64,000 bases of DNA, taken from Lingula anatina. Taxonomy: Eukaryota > Animalia > Brachiopoda. Numbering within the stretch: the stretch's first letter is position 1; each line of letters begins with the position of its first letter. Below are positions 1 to 14,100 of the stretch, piece after piece. The stretch is from NCBI GenBank assembly GCA_051362555.1, contig CM120640.1:50384788-50448787 (forward strand), in the 5' to 3' direction. The translations under genes were made by a program, and so were the position numbers. A model generated the notes under the pieces. The model did not search any database. It was not told where the DNA came from and saw only the letters and a program-made list of their open reading frames with translations.

Positions 1-200
1 AACAAATTCTCCTCTGAATTGTCTGTACTGTCTCTTCTAATATTTTGTCTTATTAGCCAAATACTAGCCAGAAGTCAAGACTTATTTCATTTTGCTATGT
101 TGCAATTGTTTCCCACCCACTTAAAAGCATTTAATCCTTTTAAAAACTTCTACTGCAGGATTGAATTCAATGTTTGCTGAAAGTATCCTTATTTACCTAC

Positions 201-3200
201 CTTTGACTCCACAATGACTACTTGAGGAACTATGACCAGGTTTATGTTTTAATGCTGATTGTTGATAAACAATATGAGGATGTCCCTGTGTTTCTATTGA
301 ATTAGTATGATTCCACAATGGCTCCACATAATAATGTTCATCTTGCGTAGAAAATAATCCATGCTGAAAAATAACAAACCTTTGATGTATAAGGCATAGA
401 AGTAAATTTTTAATGTAGATTTTATTGATAGCCATTATATCATTTAAATGTGCCATATGGTTACTGCATATCACTTTAGATAAATGGAGTTATATGTCAA
501 AATTTAGTGGGTTTGATTTTTTAAGAAATCAGATGAATGTGTTTGGTTACCATGGCAATGACAAGTCTGATGCACACGTGTCAGAAATACTCATAATATT
601 GCCAGTAACTTTTAAAGATTTTAAATGCCTCTTTAAAACATTTAACAAAATTTTCCAAAATAATTAATTGTCTGTATGATTGTTTGTAAATGTTTTACAT
701 TTGCTTCTCTGACATTACAACCCAATCGAACAAAGTACTGAAAAAATACTAAAAAGATTCAATAACTGCCCGAAATAAAACCATGCTTTTATGCAATCAC
801 TCTTTTCTGTTCTAGAAATATAGGCTTGAATCTGTATTATTGCTGATCAAGGCATAGTTCACCCTTTACTCTGCAACTTGTTTCAAAGTCATTTGTCATA
901 AAGTACATGAAGTTTGATACACTTCATTTCGTATCACTCACTGTTTTTATGTCTGCCCTTACTATTTGCCAAGTGAACCCCATATGGTAAAAAATGAAGT
1001 TTCAGCCAACTGGCAGAAAACAGGCTTCTGGTTTTAAGTGTTTGATTTGATATCATTACTATTACCAGATTAAGAACATTCAGCAGTTGTGCAATCAATT
1101 TTGAGTGCTAAACTGACAGATTTACTTGGCCCTTTTCCTCTTTTCTTTTCTTATTTTATTTTGTCTTTTTTTCACAATGAATTATGTTACTCCTTTATTT
1201 CTGCTTGTCTTCATGACTCTTTTTAAATTTATTCAAAGATATTTTATTTCAGGTTTTCCTGCTATTTCACCTTAGATATAGTATTTTCCTACATCTTCAA
1301 TATAATAGTACAATACATAACATTTGGAGCATGAAAGTTGTAACCATGACCATAAGCATGCATGCAAAATTATATGGATATGAACTCGATGACAATGACT
1401 ATGAAAAAGGGCAATTGCTGTCTAATTACATGCCTATTAGAAGATTGACTTGGCATGTCTAACTTGTGGTTCATTTTCAGAATGGATTTTTGATATAAGT
1501 CACATTCACATTTTGAGCACATTTAAGTGACTTTCACTCATTGATTCCCATGTCTCATATGTACCTAATATAACCATCTTGTGCCTGCATAAGTTGAACA
1601 ACCCATCAGCAGAGAGAACACTACTTTTCAAAAACAGTTATGCCTAAATGTTATATTTAAATAATACATCTGAAAAGTACTCTCAGTTTATTCAGCCTAG
1701 TGAAACAATAATCAAAGTCACCTGACAGGCTGAAACTGAGTCTAGATCCAAAGAAAAGTACAGTAATAGCAGACACAACAGCAAACTTAGTCTGGTTGCT
1801 CTGGCATTTATATCTTTAATTGTTGGAATTTTCCTGCATCCTTCTAAAGAAAATACAAAACAAACTGCATTTCCTGCCAAGAACATGAGCAAATAGGAAA
1901 CCAGCAGGGTAAATGGCCAAAGTAAGCTTGGATCAAGAGGAAAACCTTGTTACAAGGTATTACCAACAGGTATATGGGGAAATCACCAGCACCATCAAAT
2001 TATGTGGTTAACACTGGGTGCTTTCTCGTAAAATCCAACATTTTTTCACTTCAAGGAAATAACCATTTTCATCGATCAATATTAATGAACATTTCAGCAG
2101 GTGTCTGTTTCCTGCATTAACTCTATTAGATAGCATCCTTTCCTAGAATAAGCCAACAGCACATTTTCCAGGCACCCGCAAGAGCCAAGAATTCCCACTG
2201 ATAAGCCATGGGCAATAATATACACACGTTGGCACCAGCAAGTACAAAGATATCTCTGTCCTCAGATGGATAAGAGCTCATGTGAGAAACATTAAAAAAT
2301 AATACTTTTGCAACTTGCAAAGCCCTTATCTTCAATTTGTACTAATTTTTCTTTTTTAATTCAGCATAAAAAAAGAAATAAGCTGGGTTCATGAACAAGA
2401 CAAAATTAGTTGAAAAGTAACTATAATGTTGCCGTAATCATTTGACCAAGAATCATTTTTTACAGTTGCAATACATTTTCCAGGTTAGGTATATGTTCTA
2501 TTCTTTGAGATGCACATCAAAAACTTTGATTGGGAAAGTCTAAATAAAAATGTGACAGACAATATTCTTTTACACATTCATGAAATTTGGAAATAAACAT
2601 ATTTCAAGCAAGGATCTAAGGGGAGGGGGCAAGGGAGCAGCTTCACCCCTCCCCTTTACATTTTCTTAATAATGCAGAGGAAAAACAAAAGGAAAAATGA
2701 TCAATCTTCACCCTCCTCATTCTGTGCCCTTCCAACCTCTGAAGTAAATTCCTGGATTCGTCAGTGCCTTGGTTAACACAACCCTACACAATCCTAATTC
2801 AAACTGAATAGCAATATTGTAGGGAGGGGGAACTGACAAGAACCCTTAGTGTGCCTATTCTACTGCTGATGGGTAATCTTTGTCTATCACTATTGAAACT
2901 AACATTTTATTGTTTTTAATTCAAGTAAATAATTTGAAAATTATTCCATTTAGTTATAGATAAAGTCATTTTATGACTTTTTAGCATGCAATTCTTCCTT
3001 ATGAAAATGTAAGCAAAAAAATTTTTAGCAGTACTAAAGTGACCTCAAAACCCCAGTGACCACATTTGACAGAGCTTTAAAATGTGAACACCTGACAAAT
3101 CCCTCAGGAAATGCTTGTGATAGTTATCATTGTTATTGTATATTTCTAAAGGAAGGAATGGTGATACTACGCAGGTGATCATGGCAGTCAACAGGAAGGA

Positions 3201-4359
3201 TCATGGTTAATAATCAAAACCATTTTATTTACTCTGATATATTTGACTGATGGTTTATCCCTAAATATCTCAAAAACAATGGCAATTGAGTTTAAGACTT
3301 ACCAGGCCATTGCAGTTACTAAGCACAACTCTTGACTGTATGGAGTTCAGAACAGAGCCATGGAAGTGACAGTCTTCAGTGTGCCGGTCCCGCCTTTCCA
3401 CCCCCTGTCTATTCCAATATTCCACTGTATAGTCTCCTGACACTAACTTTCTGTTCAAAGTTAAGTTGAAATGAAACTCTGATCCATATGCAGTCAATTT
3501 GTAGTAAATACATTCATCAGAGTGAGTACTGGCACTGGAGAAAGCACTTTGATTGCTGGGAATAGTGTGTAAAGCACTTCGTTTTTTCCTAGTTCTAATT
3601 CCTTTGCTTGTCACATCAAAACTGATTAAGTTTCCTTTGTGGTCCACAAGTTTTGGGATAACCATTTCGTAATGATTTAAATGACGAAATAACTGTTCTG
3701 GAAAATAAATTAATTAAATCACAAATTTGATGAAAAATATAATTTAATTTTTATAAAACCCCTAGGTCTCAATATATCCCATACCTCCAATTAAACTACT
3801 GAAACCTCTTAGTATTAATTGTCACAGTAATGTAAAGCTTAAAAGCCATAATATGTACAAAGATTTAAGTGCAACAAAACACTAACTGTTCCCCTTTTCC
3901 TGTTGGTTTTGAGTGCACATGTGAAACATTATTGGGGTTTTTACTCTGACTGTGTGTGTCGGTATAATTCAGTGGGTGGAGACACATTAAGAAATGAAAT
4001 GTGCATAAAACCATTTTGGTAGAATAAAGTTACTTGGAACATATACGAGCAGACTGACCAAAACAGGCTTAACCAATAATTTCTTTTTATCTTTGAATAT
4101 GGCTGACCAATACCTGAAGATAAAAAGTGGTTCTTAGCCACACCCCACTATTACAATTAGAGCAATGTATTACCTTGTACACCCGTGATGATTTTGAGAA
4201 CTGTCATAAGATTAATATAATCCAGGTACAATATTTAGGTACGTTTATTATCATATCTATTGAAAACATACCTGTCTTCATAGAGATTTGAGAGTAATTG
4301 ACTGGTAGTGCCAGGGCTTGGCTTATAATCCACGTCAACAGTGCGTATACGATTTCCAT
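201..4359 (-). CDS. ADAMTS6: ADAMTS6/10-like metalloprotease, 5' exons (signal peptide and prodomain); continues past the window start
   Basis: Exons 4359-4272 (MEIVYALLTWIISQALA..., signal peptide), 3697-3303 (YEMVIPKLVD...RTRKKRS furin site...YKLTAYGSEFHFNLTLN...LSNCNGL) and 363-201 (HGLF...YYVEPL...HIVY...HCGVK cysteine-switch-like). GT-AG sites are phase-compatible. The sequence closely resembles the remembered N-terminus of vertebrate ADAMTS6; ADAMTS6 versus 10 cannot be resolved. Confidence 0.88.
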
Positions 4360-7300
4360 AGTACTTTGTCGTATCCACTGCTTGGACTTCTGCTTGCTGC
4401 AGAGAGAACCAAACCCGGTTCCTTTAAAGCAGAAACCAAGATCCGCCTTAATCACGTCATCACTGCTGATCCAAGGTAACTGTCAACTACAAAAGTTACT
4501 TATGCCATCATGATACCATAAGTAGATAGTGTTTTTAGTCATTCTGTGGGTTTCATGCCCATCCTAACGCCGCCCCTCCGCGGCTCCCGTCACAGCCGAT
4601 ACCATGTACCTTTGGGTACTGAAGTTTTCGGTTGCCTCGGAATGCCTTCTTTTTGCCACTAGTTGCCTTCTTCCTCTGCTACTGTGTCGGTTTTTCCACG
4701 TTGCCAGAATCACACACTGATCGCAGTTCAACCTCTGCGACCCGTCAGTCTCACCTCACAGCAAGCTTTTGTCTACGGCAATGAGAAAACAATATTAGAT
4801 GTAAGACGCTGAAAACAAGAGCGCGAAGAAGTCTGTGATCGTTACAAAAAAAAATCAAAAAGTGAATACAACCTAAGAGTTAGAAAACGCTATTTCACTC
4901 TTTAATCAAATATCATCGGATGTGCGGATATCGACAGTTAATGCAATGCGTGTGTTAAACGTACATGAACGCACGCCTAAGGTAAAACAGGAACAGAACT
5001 GTGTTAGAATCTGGTCATAATCGTGGCTAAAACTGCTGCTCGTGATTTATGGAACGACCGCCTGTCGATTGAAATAAACAGAAACAAACACAATGTCAAC
5101 GCCACCGTCGCGACGGAAAAGTGGTTCGCGCGGGAACTTTAAAGTGGCATAGGTGAACACTCAACGACACCATATTTTGTTGTCTATCCATAAACGTTCA
5201 ATTACAACAGAATAAAAATACTAGAAAAGGAGAATAAAAATACATTTTAGGGTCTAACAATTCCGTTAGTCTATGGATTGAATCCCAGATATGACCACAT
5301 ATTTTAGGATTACCTGTAAAGGTGATGTGATTAGCAATGGGGCCTCTCATTACTGGAGGTTCAACCTTGTCCATCACAACTTCTACCTGCACGCCAACGT
5401 CAAGTATTTGCACCGACAGCGTGATCCCCCGCTTTCTATCTTCTGAACGATCAAATGGATGTGCTAGGCAAAGAGATGCCCGGGTAGGCATCCACGCCGG
5501 AGCGGAAACACATAGCGGTCCCAGATACAAAGCCAAAAACAACCATGTGAAAGTGTGAGCTAATGACCTTTCATTCCAAACCTAGGAATTTTTTCTTCAT
5601 ACTTACTGACTTCACTGTGTCTACAGTAACTAATCTTCCATGAATCTCGACAACAAACCGATCAGAACCCGCGCAGGAATGTATCTGTTATCAAACTGCC
5701 GTTTTGTGCATTTCGTCTTACGAAAATTTCCATGACACAAGCCACTGTTTTGTTAAGAAATATGATTTAAATCAAGGTCAGTCATAATAATAATCATCCC
5801 ACCGAACCTCGTCTGCTCAAAATTTCAATTGATAGAAATAAATGCGAGACAGGCCTGCAGGAGTTCGACGGGTTCAACTGAAACGTTCAGGTTGTCTTTG
5901 CGAAACTTTCAAATCTACCTCTAAGATTTGGGGGATTACCCAGCATTAAATTAAGTGATAACGATACACTTATTGCAAATAGTAAAACAATTAAATAACA
6001 CCGTTGAATGACATATTAGCGTTTCTTAAAAGCTCGCGCTTATTGCAAAGCCCACTGTTGTCGCACCTTTCAGTAATTTGGTCTTAAAGCACCATCTTTA
6101 CGTAATACTTAGACTGCAAACTCACCAGTGATGGCCTTATGATGATCACCATAAGATGAACTTCGGTGAATCTTACTAATTCCATACACGATCCTAAATC
6201 AAGGGATATTGTCCAGAATCACATACACGCTCAGTTCGTGCTATGATGACCCAGGTGGTCACTCAGAGACACGATAATGTAATAATCAGGTAAACTGCGT
6301 CCAAATTGTTTTGGTATTAAATGCAAACTTGCTGATTTGCCGACTTAGTGCTGGACTTAGCCCTGGCATCACGTGCTGGTGGGACCGCCGATACAACAAT
6401 TAAAATAAGTTTCAGCACGTTGAAATAGGCGTGCGCTAATGAGAAACGCTTGCTTGCTGAAGATCTGCTACAGTACAGGCATGAAGGACATTCGCAAAAT
6501 GCATTTATCTGAGAAAGTGTCCGTGCTACTCCCACTTCTGAGTGAATCTTCTTTCACCTGACCTGTCCTTTTATTCCACGAAATCGTTTTGTTGCTGTTT
6601 TTTTTTTTAAGTAATAACCCCGAAAGCTTAGGTAAACCTTTTACAAAGAAAGGACAGTACAATACTGAACGTATACATATTGAATTAGACAGACTGGCCA
6701 CAAGCCAACTAGATAAAGTACCCCTGTTAGTCTGCCTGCACTTTCTTCATGTTGAAATGAACGGTCTCCGTTTCACGCACCTCGGGCCACACACATTTTT
6801 AGTAACAACGTGTAAGTTTACAGGTAACTGCATTGACGTCTCCGTAATGTGATACAAAAATAGGGCTTCAAAGTAAGCCATTGTTGTTTCGCAGACTGAC
6901 GCCTCTTGTAATCATAACAATCAGCACAAACCTACCTTTATCCGATAGATAACCTTCGGTAAATTTGAGCAACGATTTCGCTTCATAATGTCAATTAGTT
7001 AGCCAATGTAATAAGACCTGCTATTTCTTTAGACAATTAATCCTTAAAAGAGACTGACGTGAAACTGAAGTTGATTTTATCGTATTGTCAACCATCGCAC
7101 GTCCGACGTTCAAATACGATGAACAGACATTCATTGTGGTCTCTAATGATTTTGCGACATTTATTTTCTCTAAAGAAAACAGTGCGATTTCTGTCCGATT
7201 GTCCGGTTCTGGTCAACGCTGCAGTGTTTTTAATCATAGCAATTTCAAACGACAGTCTCGGTCTGCCGACAACGGTTGCAGATCACCGATTTCAGCGTTG

Positions 7301-10300
7301 GCTATGCATTGTGTTTTTTCGATTGACTGGTGTCAAACTAATAGTACCAAAACGTAAGTGGTAGCCTTAAAATTTGAATCTTTGGCGACTATAGTGAAAG
7401 AAGTAGTGCTGTAGAACAAAATTTTTTCCAAAATCATAAAAAATCAATTTTGCAATTATACTATAAATGTTTAAAATTAATTTTAAAAACGTATTTAATA
7501 AGTTGTTTTTCAAACAAATCTCAACCATGTGAACAAGACACCCCAGTCTACAATGGCTACCGAATGCGTTGGCTGTCTGCGTTGTATTTTTATAAGTCGT
7601 AGTGACTTCACGGTTCATGTCGCGATTAAATAACCAGAACTGATCTGCTGAACTCGTCATTGTGCATCAAATAGAGATGCTGAAGCTGTTCTACTATTGA
7701 TAGCGTTATATTGCACCTTGAGTTGAAGAAACATTGTGATTTAGAAGTCTTAATTTTAAAAAAATTACGGAGCAAGCGTAGTTGTAATCAAAACCTTAAC
7801 CATAGCAACCGCAGTCTTGGTTTTCAAACTACAACAGAATAGATATGAGACATAATATTTCCAACATTATATCATATAAAGTATAAGTTACCATGGTATG
7901 CTAGGTTAGGTTGATATTTAGGTTAATATTTTACACCGTGCATGTTCACAATTGTTGAATATCACGACAATTGCGCCCTAATAGAACATTGCTAAAAGTA
8001 AAATAAATGGTCAAAAGAGACGTTTTACATGCTAAAACACATGGTAATACTAAATCTCGAGATGACCCAAACTGTGGAAAAACGACAAGGCCAACCATGT
8101 TTTTTGAAATATGTCGGTAAATCTATTATTTCTTTCAGATCTCATGGTGTAGGGATAACATAAGCATGATTCGGTATTTCAAAATATTGTAAGTCACTCC
8201 ACTTGTTTATTATTTTGATCTTTAGAAAAACTATGTACATCCTATATAAAGAAAGACATAACGTGTATATGCATGTGTGTGTTTTGGAGAGAGAGAGAGA
8301 GAGAGAGAGAGAAGGGGGGCGGGCAAAACAAAAAAAAAGTCATATACTCACAAATATCGTATTTTTCCTGACGTATTTCTGAATTTGCAGACGTAAATCT
8401 ACTGTGCCAGGATTGGCGGGTGACAGGTGAACATAACCGGGTCAAAGCGTCCGCTAGCAGCAGCCGCCTTTAAGATTAGAATACATCTTGTCAAAATACG
8501 TTAGCATACCACAACATCTTTTATATACATGTATGAAAATAGTTATGAATGGGGGTAGGGTTTCCCACCTAACAATTAAAGCAAAATGTGCCATTTGTCC
8601 ATAAAGACAAGACATTAATGAGATAGGTTGGGTCGGGGCCTCATATTGTGTTAATTTTATGCCACCGAACTATGGTACATTTAATTAAGGCATAATATTA
8701 GATAAAAGCTGTATGAATGAGTTTAATCTATTCCAACCTTACATAAGTAGGCCTATTTGCATTAATTTGTTTAGTAATGTGATGTATCAATTAAATGCCG
8801 GAAATATTAATAAATTTGAGAAATTAAAAAAAAATCCAAATAGTGTAATTCAAATCCAGAAAAATGTGTGCAACTTGTATTTGTATTCAGTCCTCTTGTT
8901 ATGTTGCAACTGGGGTTGGATAAGCGTATAAAGGCGAGCATCAAATCGGAAAATCTTACGAGAAGCGGTGTCTTTGGTGCAGCTAAGGAAAGAACTAGAC
9001 CGTAAGAAATCAAATATTTTCAGTTATTTGTGTTTATTTGCTTTATTCATTTTAAAATGCTTATGTTCATTTTATCAGGTGAACACAGTTCCGAATAGAT
9101 GAATTCGAACGGTGGTACGCTATTTCACTATGATAACACTGTTGAACGGGAACCACTTTTAGTTTGTCTGGGGGGCGTTTTCAGCTGTATAGCGCGAATC
9201 TATTCAGAGTGTAAAATACTCTTTCAAACTGGGCGTCAATTAATTTGGAGTAACATCATCTTATTCGGTTGAATATCTCCAAAATATGCAACTGCGTTAT
9301 TACAAATTTTGTTGTAAACAATTATACGGTGAGAAATATTTTGCAGAGTACGAGCAATGTGTTATATGGATCTGAAGGCGCCACATGAGCAACAAATAGC
9401 TGGGCTTAACGCTATGGTTGAAAGAAATGTTTGTCAGTGCAGTAAAGAAAAACATTTTGAAAAGCAATCAATTTCATATGAAGTGCAACATATATATATA
9501 TATATATATATAACTTAAGTGCGAAATGACCTAAATCTTCGTAGCTTGTGTTGACAGAAATGTGAAGAAACTGACAAAAACGAAGAAACGTATTATTTTT
9601 GTTATTAATATTCCATACCCTCTCCCTTGGTGGTTAGCTCTTTTTACATGTCTTTATCAGTTTATCCTGCCAGTCAGATACACAATAACGCAGTGTTGAA
9701 AAGCATCATAAAAACTCACGGGGTCTTGGAGACTGATGAGGCCCTCATAATCAAGCAGCCTCCTTAAAAAACGCCTGTAGTGACAGTAACGACGATCGTT
9801 ATACTACACAACCTTTTTGAAGTCGGATTCAGGGTTGTCGTAAGGAGGGCACCTCGCAAATAATAAACCAACAGTCGAGGTTATGCTTTACCATAATATG
9901 CAGACCTTGATTTTGTCTCATTTTTTCCTTATAGCCTACTCTTTTAGGGGTGAAAAGGCAAGAGTTAGAAGGGGGTACCCCATGCCCGCTGTGCTCTCCC
10001 CTGGATCCGCTACTGCTTGTAAAATAAGGTTGGAAAAAAAATGACAGTAATAAAAGCAAATCCTCGCTGTATCGCCTCAAAATGGTATTTTTTTATTTTC
10101 GCTTTTCAGATAAATAAATAAATAAAAAATAAATAAATAAATAAAAGCAATGGTATGGTGGTCGAGATCTTTTGAAAAAGTTTGTTGTCTTTGACAAAAA
10201 TCATCCGGACTATTATCTGCATTATCGGATAAATCATTTTACTATAATTACATGAAGCATAAATCGATCGTTTCGATTTGGAAGTTATATTTTGTGATCA

Positions 10301-11124
10301 AGCGCAAAGATCACATCAGATTGGACCTAATGATTGGGTATATTATGCATATGTAATCAGAACCTGGGTCAGCAGATTGCTATGTGCGTCCTAGGTTATC
10401 GATGCCCCACGATGATTCAGCTTATAGCTGCTGGGCGGAGAGAAACCCGGCACTCACCTGATGCCGCGGTCATTCTGATAAGGCACATTTTACTTTCTAT
10501 CAAAAGTCAATCAAGATTCTTGTATACCATTATGTAGCTTCGAAGATAGGTAAGACATTGTTCATGCAAAGCTGATTACATTTAATTGTCCCCGTTAGAG
10601 GTTGCATACAACATTTCGAGCTTTATCATTTTAAAGTTCAGGTTTCATTCGGTTTCCATTATTTTTTTGTCCTCGATATTAAAGTTCCCCATTCATCGGG
10701 TTGATAATTAAGATTGAAACGTGATATAAAATTTAAGTGCCAATGGTTATCGGTCACAAGTTAGAAACGTACGGTAAACTCGAATGCAAGCATTGTAGGG
10801 GCCTATTGTGCTGACTACCGACCCTGCCTTTGACCCGTCTCAACTTTCGATGTTTCGTGCTGTGGATCAACAAGTCGGTGACAAGTTTCTAAATTTGTCA
10901 TCACCTACCTATTCAAAATATATCAGCAAAACTCTGAGATTAATGCAACCTCGTCGTTAATCCGATGCTCATTTTACGTTTGCAGGTCAATTTTGACAGC
11001 TCACCGAAGACGTGATACACTGTGACGTCGGGCACTTGATACCGGTGTCCTTGCAAACAAACTTAACACGTGCAGACGGCCGGATGTTAGTAATGCGCAG
11101 GTGCGACAAAACTAGGAAGTGAAA

Positions 11125-14100
11125 ATGGCGTCTATACTACAGCGACAAAAGTCAAGTATTTTGGATCGACCTCTCAGTAAAGGAAAGGCAGAGGTATATA
11201 GCTAAAAGATTAGACTGAATCATTAAGCACGTTTTATTCTTATAAGAGGACAGTTCAATTGTAATATTGCATATCATTTCAGGTCAATTTGAGCACGTTT
11301 GCCCTGCTGTTTTCTGAGATGGTTCAGTACTGCCAGAGCCGTGTTTATACAGTACCAGAATTACAAAATAAGTGAGTATGGGTGTGTGCGCTAAAATGGG
11401 TATCATAAGGTGACATATATGGGTGTGATCAACATTAATTTACTCTAAGTGGAAAGGAAATAAATCCGTTTCTTTCTAAATGTAAAATAAATACCATTAT
11501 ATTATTGGCTTATTCATATTATTGTTGGCTTTGTCTAGCGATTTAAAGGAAATTTTGTAAACTTGAAACTCGATGAAATAGTGTAGTCTTGGCAATTTGC
11601 ATGTCCTTAGATCAATAGAAGGTACCCTTCAGAAATAAAGCAAACCCACAGTGAAGCTTGTCACTGTAAATTTGTATATCAACGAGAGACACTTTAAAAA
11701 TGATGAATGTGACTGCTAGAATCAGGGCATTTCTACTAGAACTTACTGTATATGCCTTCAGTCATTCCTCTGTCAAAACTTGTTTACCACACCGTGGTCT
11801 TCATAACACAAGAATTTTGTAGCAACATGAGTAGAAATATGATTCCTGAATTATACATCTGTTGTAATATGATCCTTTGTATCAGACTTTATATTAAAAC
11901 ATTTTTCAGCAATACCCTGCCTTTGCCTTGGTATTAAGATTTGCTGTCTTCTACATAACTATGTATATACAAGATGTTTATCACTGTTTATTAGAATAAC
12001 AAGTTTGTTTTATTTATTTTTTCTTAAAATGTAGAGCAGCAAGAAATGTTGCCAAAGGGGAAAAATTCCATATTTTGTTGACATTGCCTTGCTGCATGTT
12101 TTATCACAGAATACTAAGATTTTAGCAATATTGGACATAAAGATTTCTTTCAGGCAGTGATGTATTTCCTGCTGTTTCAAATAATGAAATATTAACCACA
12201 GTCATAGTTAAACATACAAAATAGGAACCATACCATATAACATAAAACTGATGTTTACATCCCGTTTTTTGATAACTTTTGCCACAATGATTTACTCTCT
12301 ACAGGAATGTGCCACATCTGACTTCAGCAAGAGTAGGTAGGCTGGGAGTGGGGGTTAGAATAGGCAGTAACTAGGAAAGAAGTGATTTTTTTTTTTTTTT
12401 TTTTTTTTTTGTAACCTGTGAAGCATAGCTTTTTATACTGTTAAGACTAACTTTTATCAGTTTCCTATTTAGATGCATCAAGCAGGATTTTTTACAGACC
12501 TACTCGATGAAATTAAGGTGACCAGGTTTGAGTAATTACTTAAAATTTATGAAATGTGAAAATATTAGGTTTTCTTCAAAAAAAAAAAATGTTCTGCATA
12601 ATAGTTAAACACTTTCCAAGGATACATGAAGTTGGTAAAGTAGAACTTTGATGGCAAATATAGGTCTATTTCTTTGAGAAAAAAAAATATATCTGTTTTG
12701 TTTAAATATCAGAATATCCTGGCTAGATATTGATATATTAGGCATATAAGATAAAGGGCATACAGTTCAAATATTGAGTTTCACTGCTCTATGTCAGATG
12801 CTGTTTTCCTCTTTTATAATAAATAATAAAAGTATCTTCTGGTGAAAGAGCATCTTAAATTATGTTTTAACTTACCATCTCAATGGAAGCTTTTTACACT
12901 GGTCTTAGTCCCAGGACCTGTAATAGATATTTGAATGTGTGCACTGCAGTTATATCTCTTCTTAGATTGCAATGTGTCTGGGCCTAGTTTTATTTCAAAG
13001 TTAAACAGTGTTTTAATAATATCATGCAGTAGTCTGAATACTGTCTCCTGTTTGTTGATACACCAACACATGGGTGTTGGTAGGGAGTAAGTGGGGAGTG
13101 ATATTAGCTAGGATTAGTAATAAACCCTTTGATAAGTGATTATTGTTTATCTTTGGGTGGTAAGTTACACTGATTGGATAATTCTGTTACAGAATATCCC
13201 TAATTTCCTCGCTGGCACGTATGTAATTAGAACAAACTTCGTACAGTTGATTAATTTCCTAGGTGCAGTTAATGAAGAGGAGTAGGAGTCTTGCAGGTTC
13301 AATACAAGTTCCAATCTTGACAATATATGATTAAAATGTCACCTTGATAAGAAAACAAAATATAATTAAGATAAGAATAATACTAACTTGGTTCATCTGC
13401 TCAACACAGGGTCGCAGTATTACTTTGAGACTGACAAAAACAGTTAATTATCTGTCTAATGTACAGAATGAATGAGCTCTGAAATCCTTAGCAAATTTGC
13501 AAATTGATAAACTTTTGTTTCTAGACTCTAGGTTGAAGTAATTTACTTACAGTCTTATCTTCCTCAGTAGCAACTTGCTGATTTTGTTGTTGGAAAACTT
13601 TACTTTCAGCAGTACACTTTGTATAACAGTTGTCTTGTTTCTTCAACCTTTTTTATTTCAAAATGTTTTCATAAGTCCATAAAAAGTCCCAGAATTAACA
13701 GAGCATATCACCGTGAGATTGGACACAAAGGGACGCTAATATTTTTTGCTAACCAAAGTGTATGAAAACAGAAATAAGTACTTTTGAGGTAGACCTGCTT
13801 TCTCCATTTATTGTCTCTTGAACATAAAGAACTGCTTTAACTGTTCACCCATAAGAAAGGCCTGAATAAGAATAAAGATGTTTGAGTATCTACTTTTTAG
13901 ATCCATTCAATCTCTTTGAAAAGTCTCTTTTATAATCTGCCAAAACTGCAAAGCCATGATATTTAATCCAGTTCTGTATTGCATTTCACCGTTGCAAGAT
14001 TGATTGTGAAATGGAGAGCATACTACTTGAGGTGACTTCAAGTATCTAACCCCACACGGCAGTTGGGCAGCGAGTGCATAGATGTTATTACTGAATTTAG

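Noticed and set aside
5198-10537. Short ORFs (60-114 aa) between ADAMTS and TRAPPC5
   Set aside because: No recognisable domains or consistent splice structure; expected by chance.
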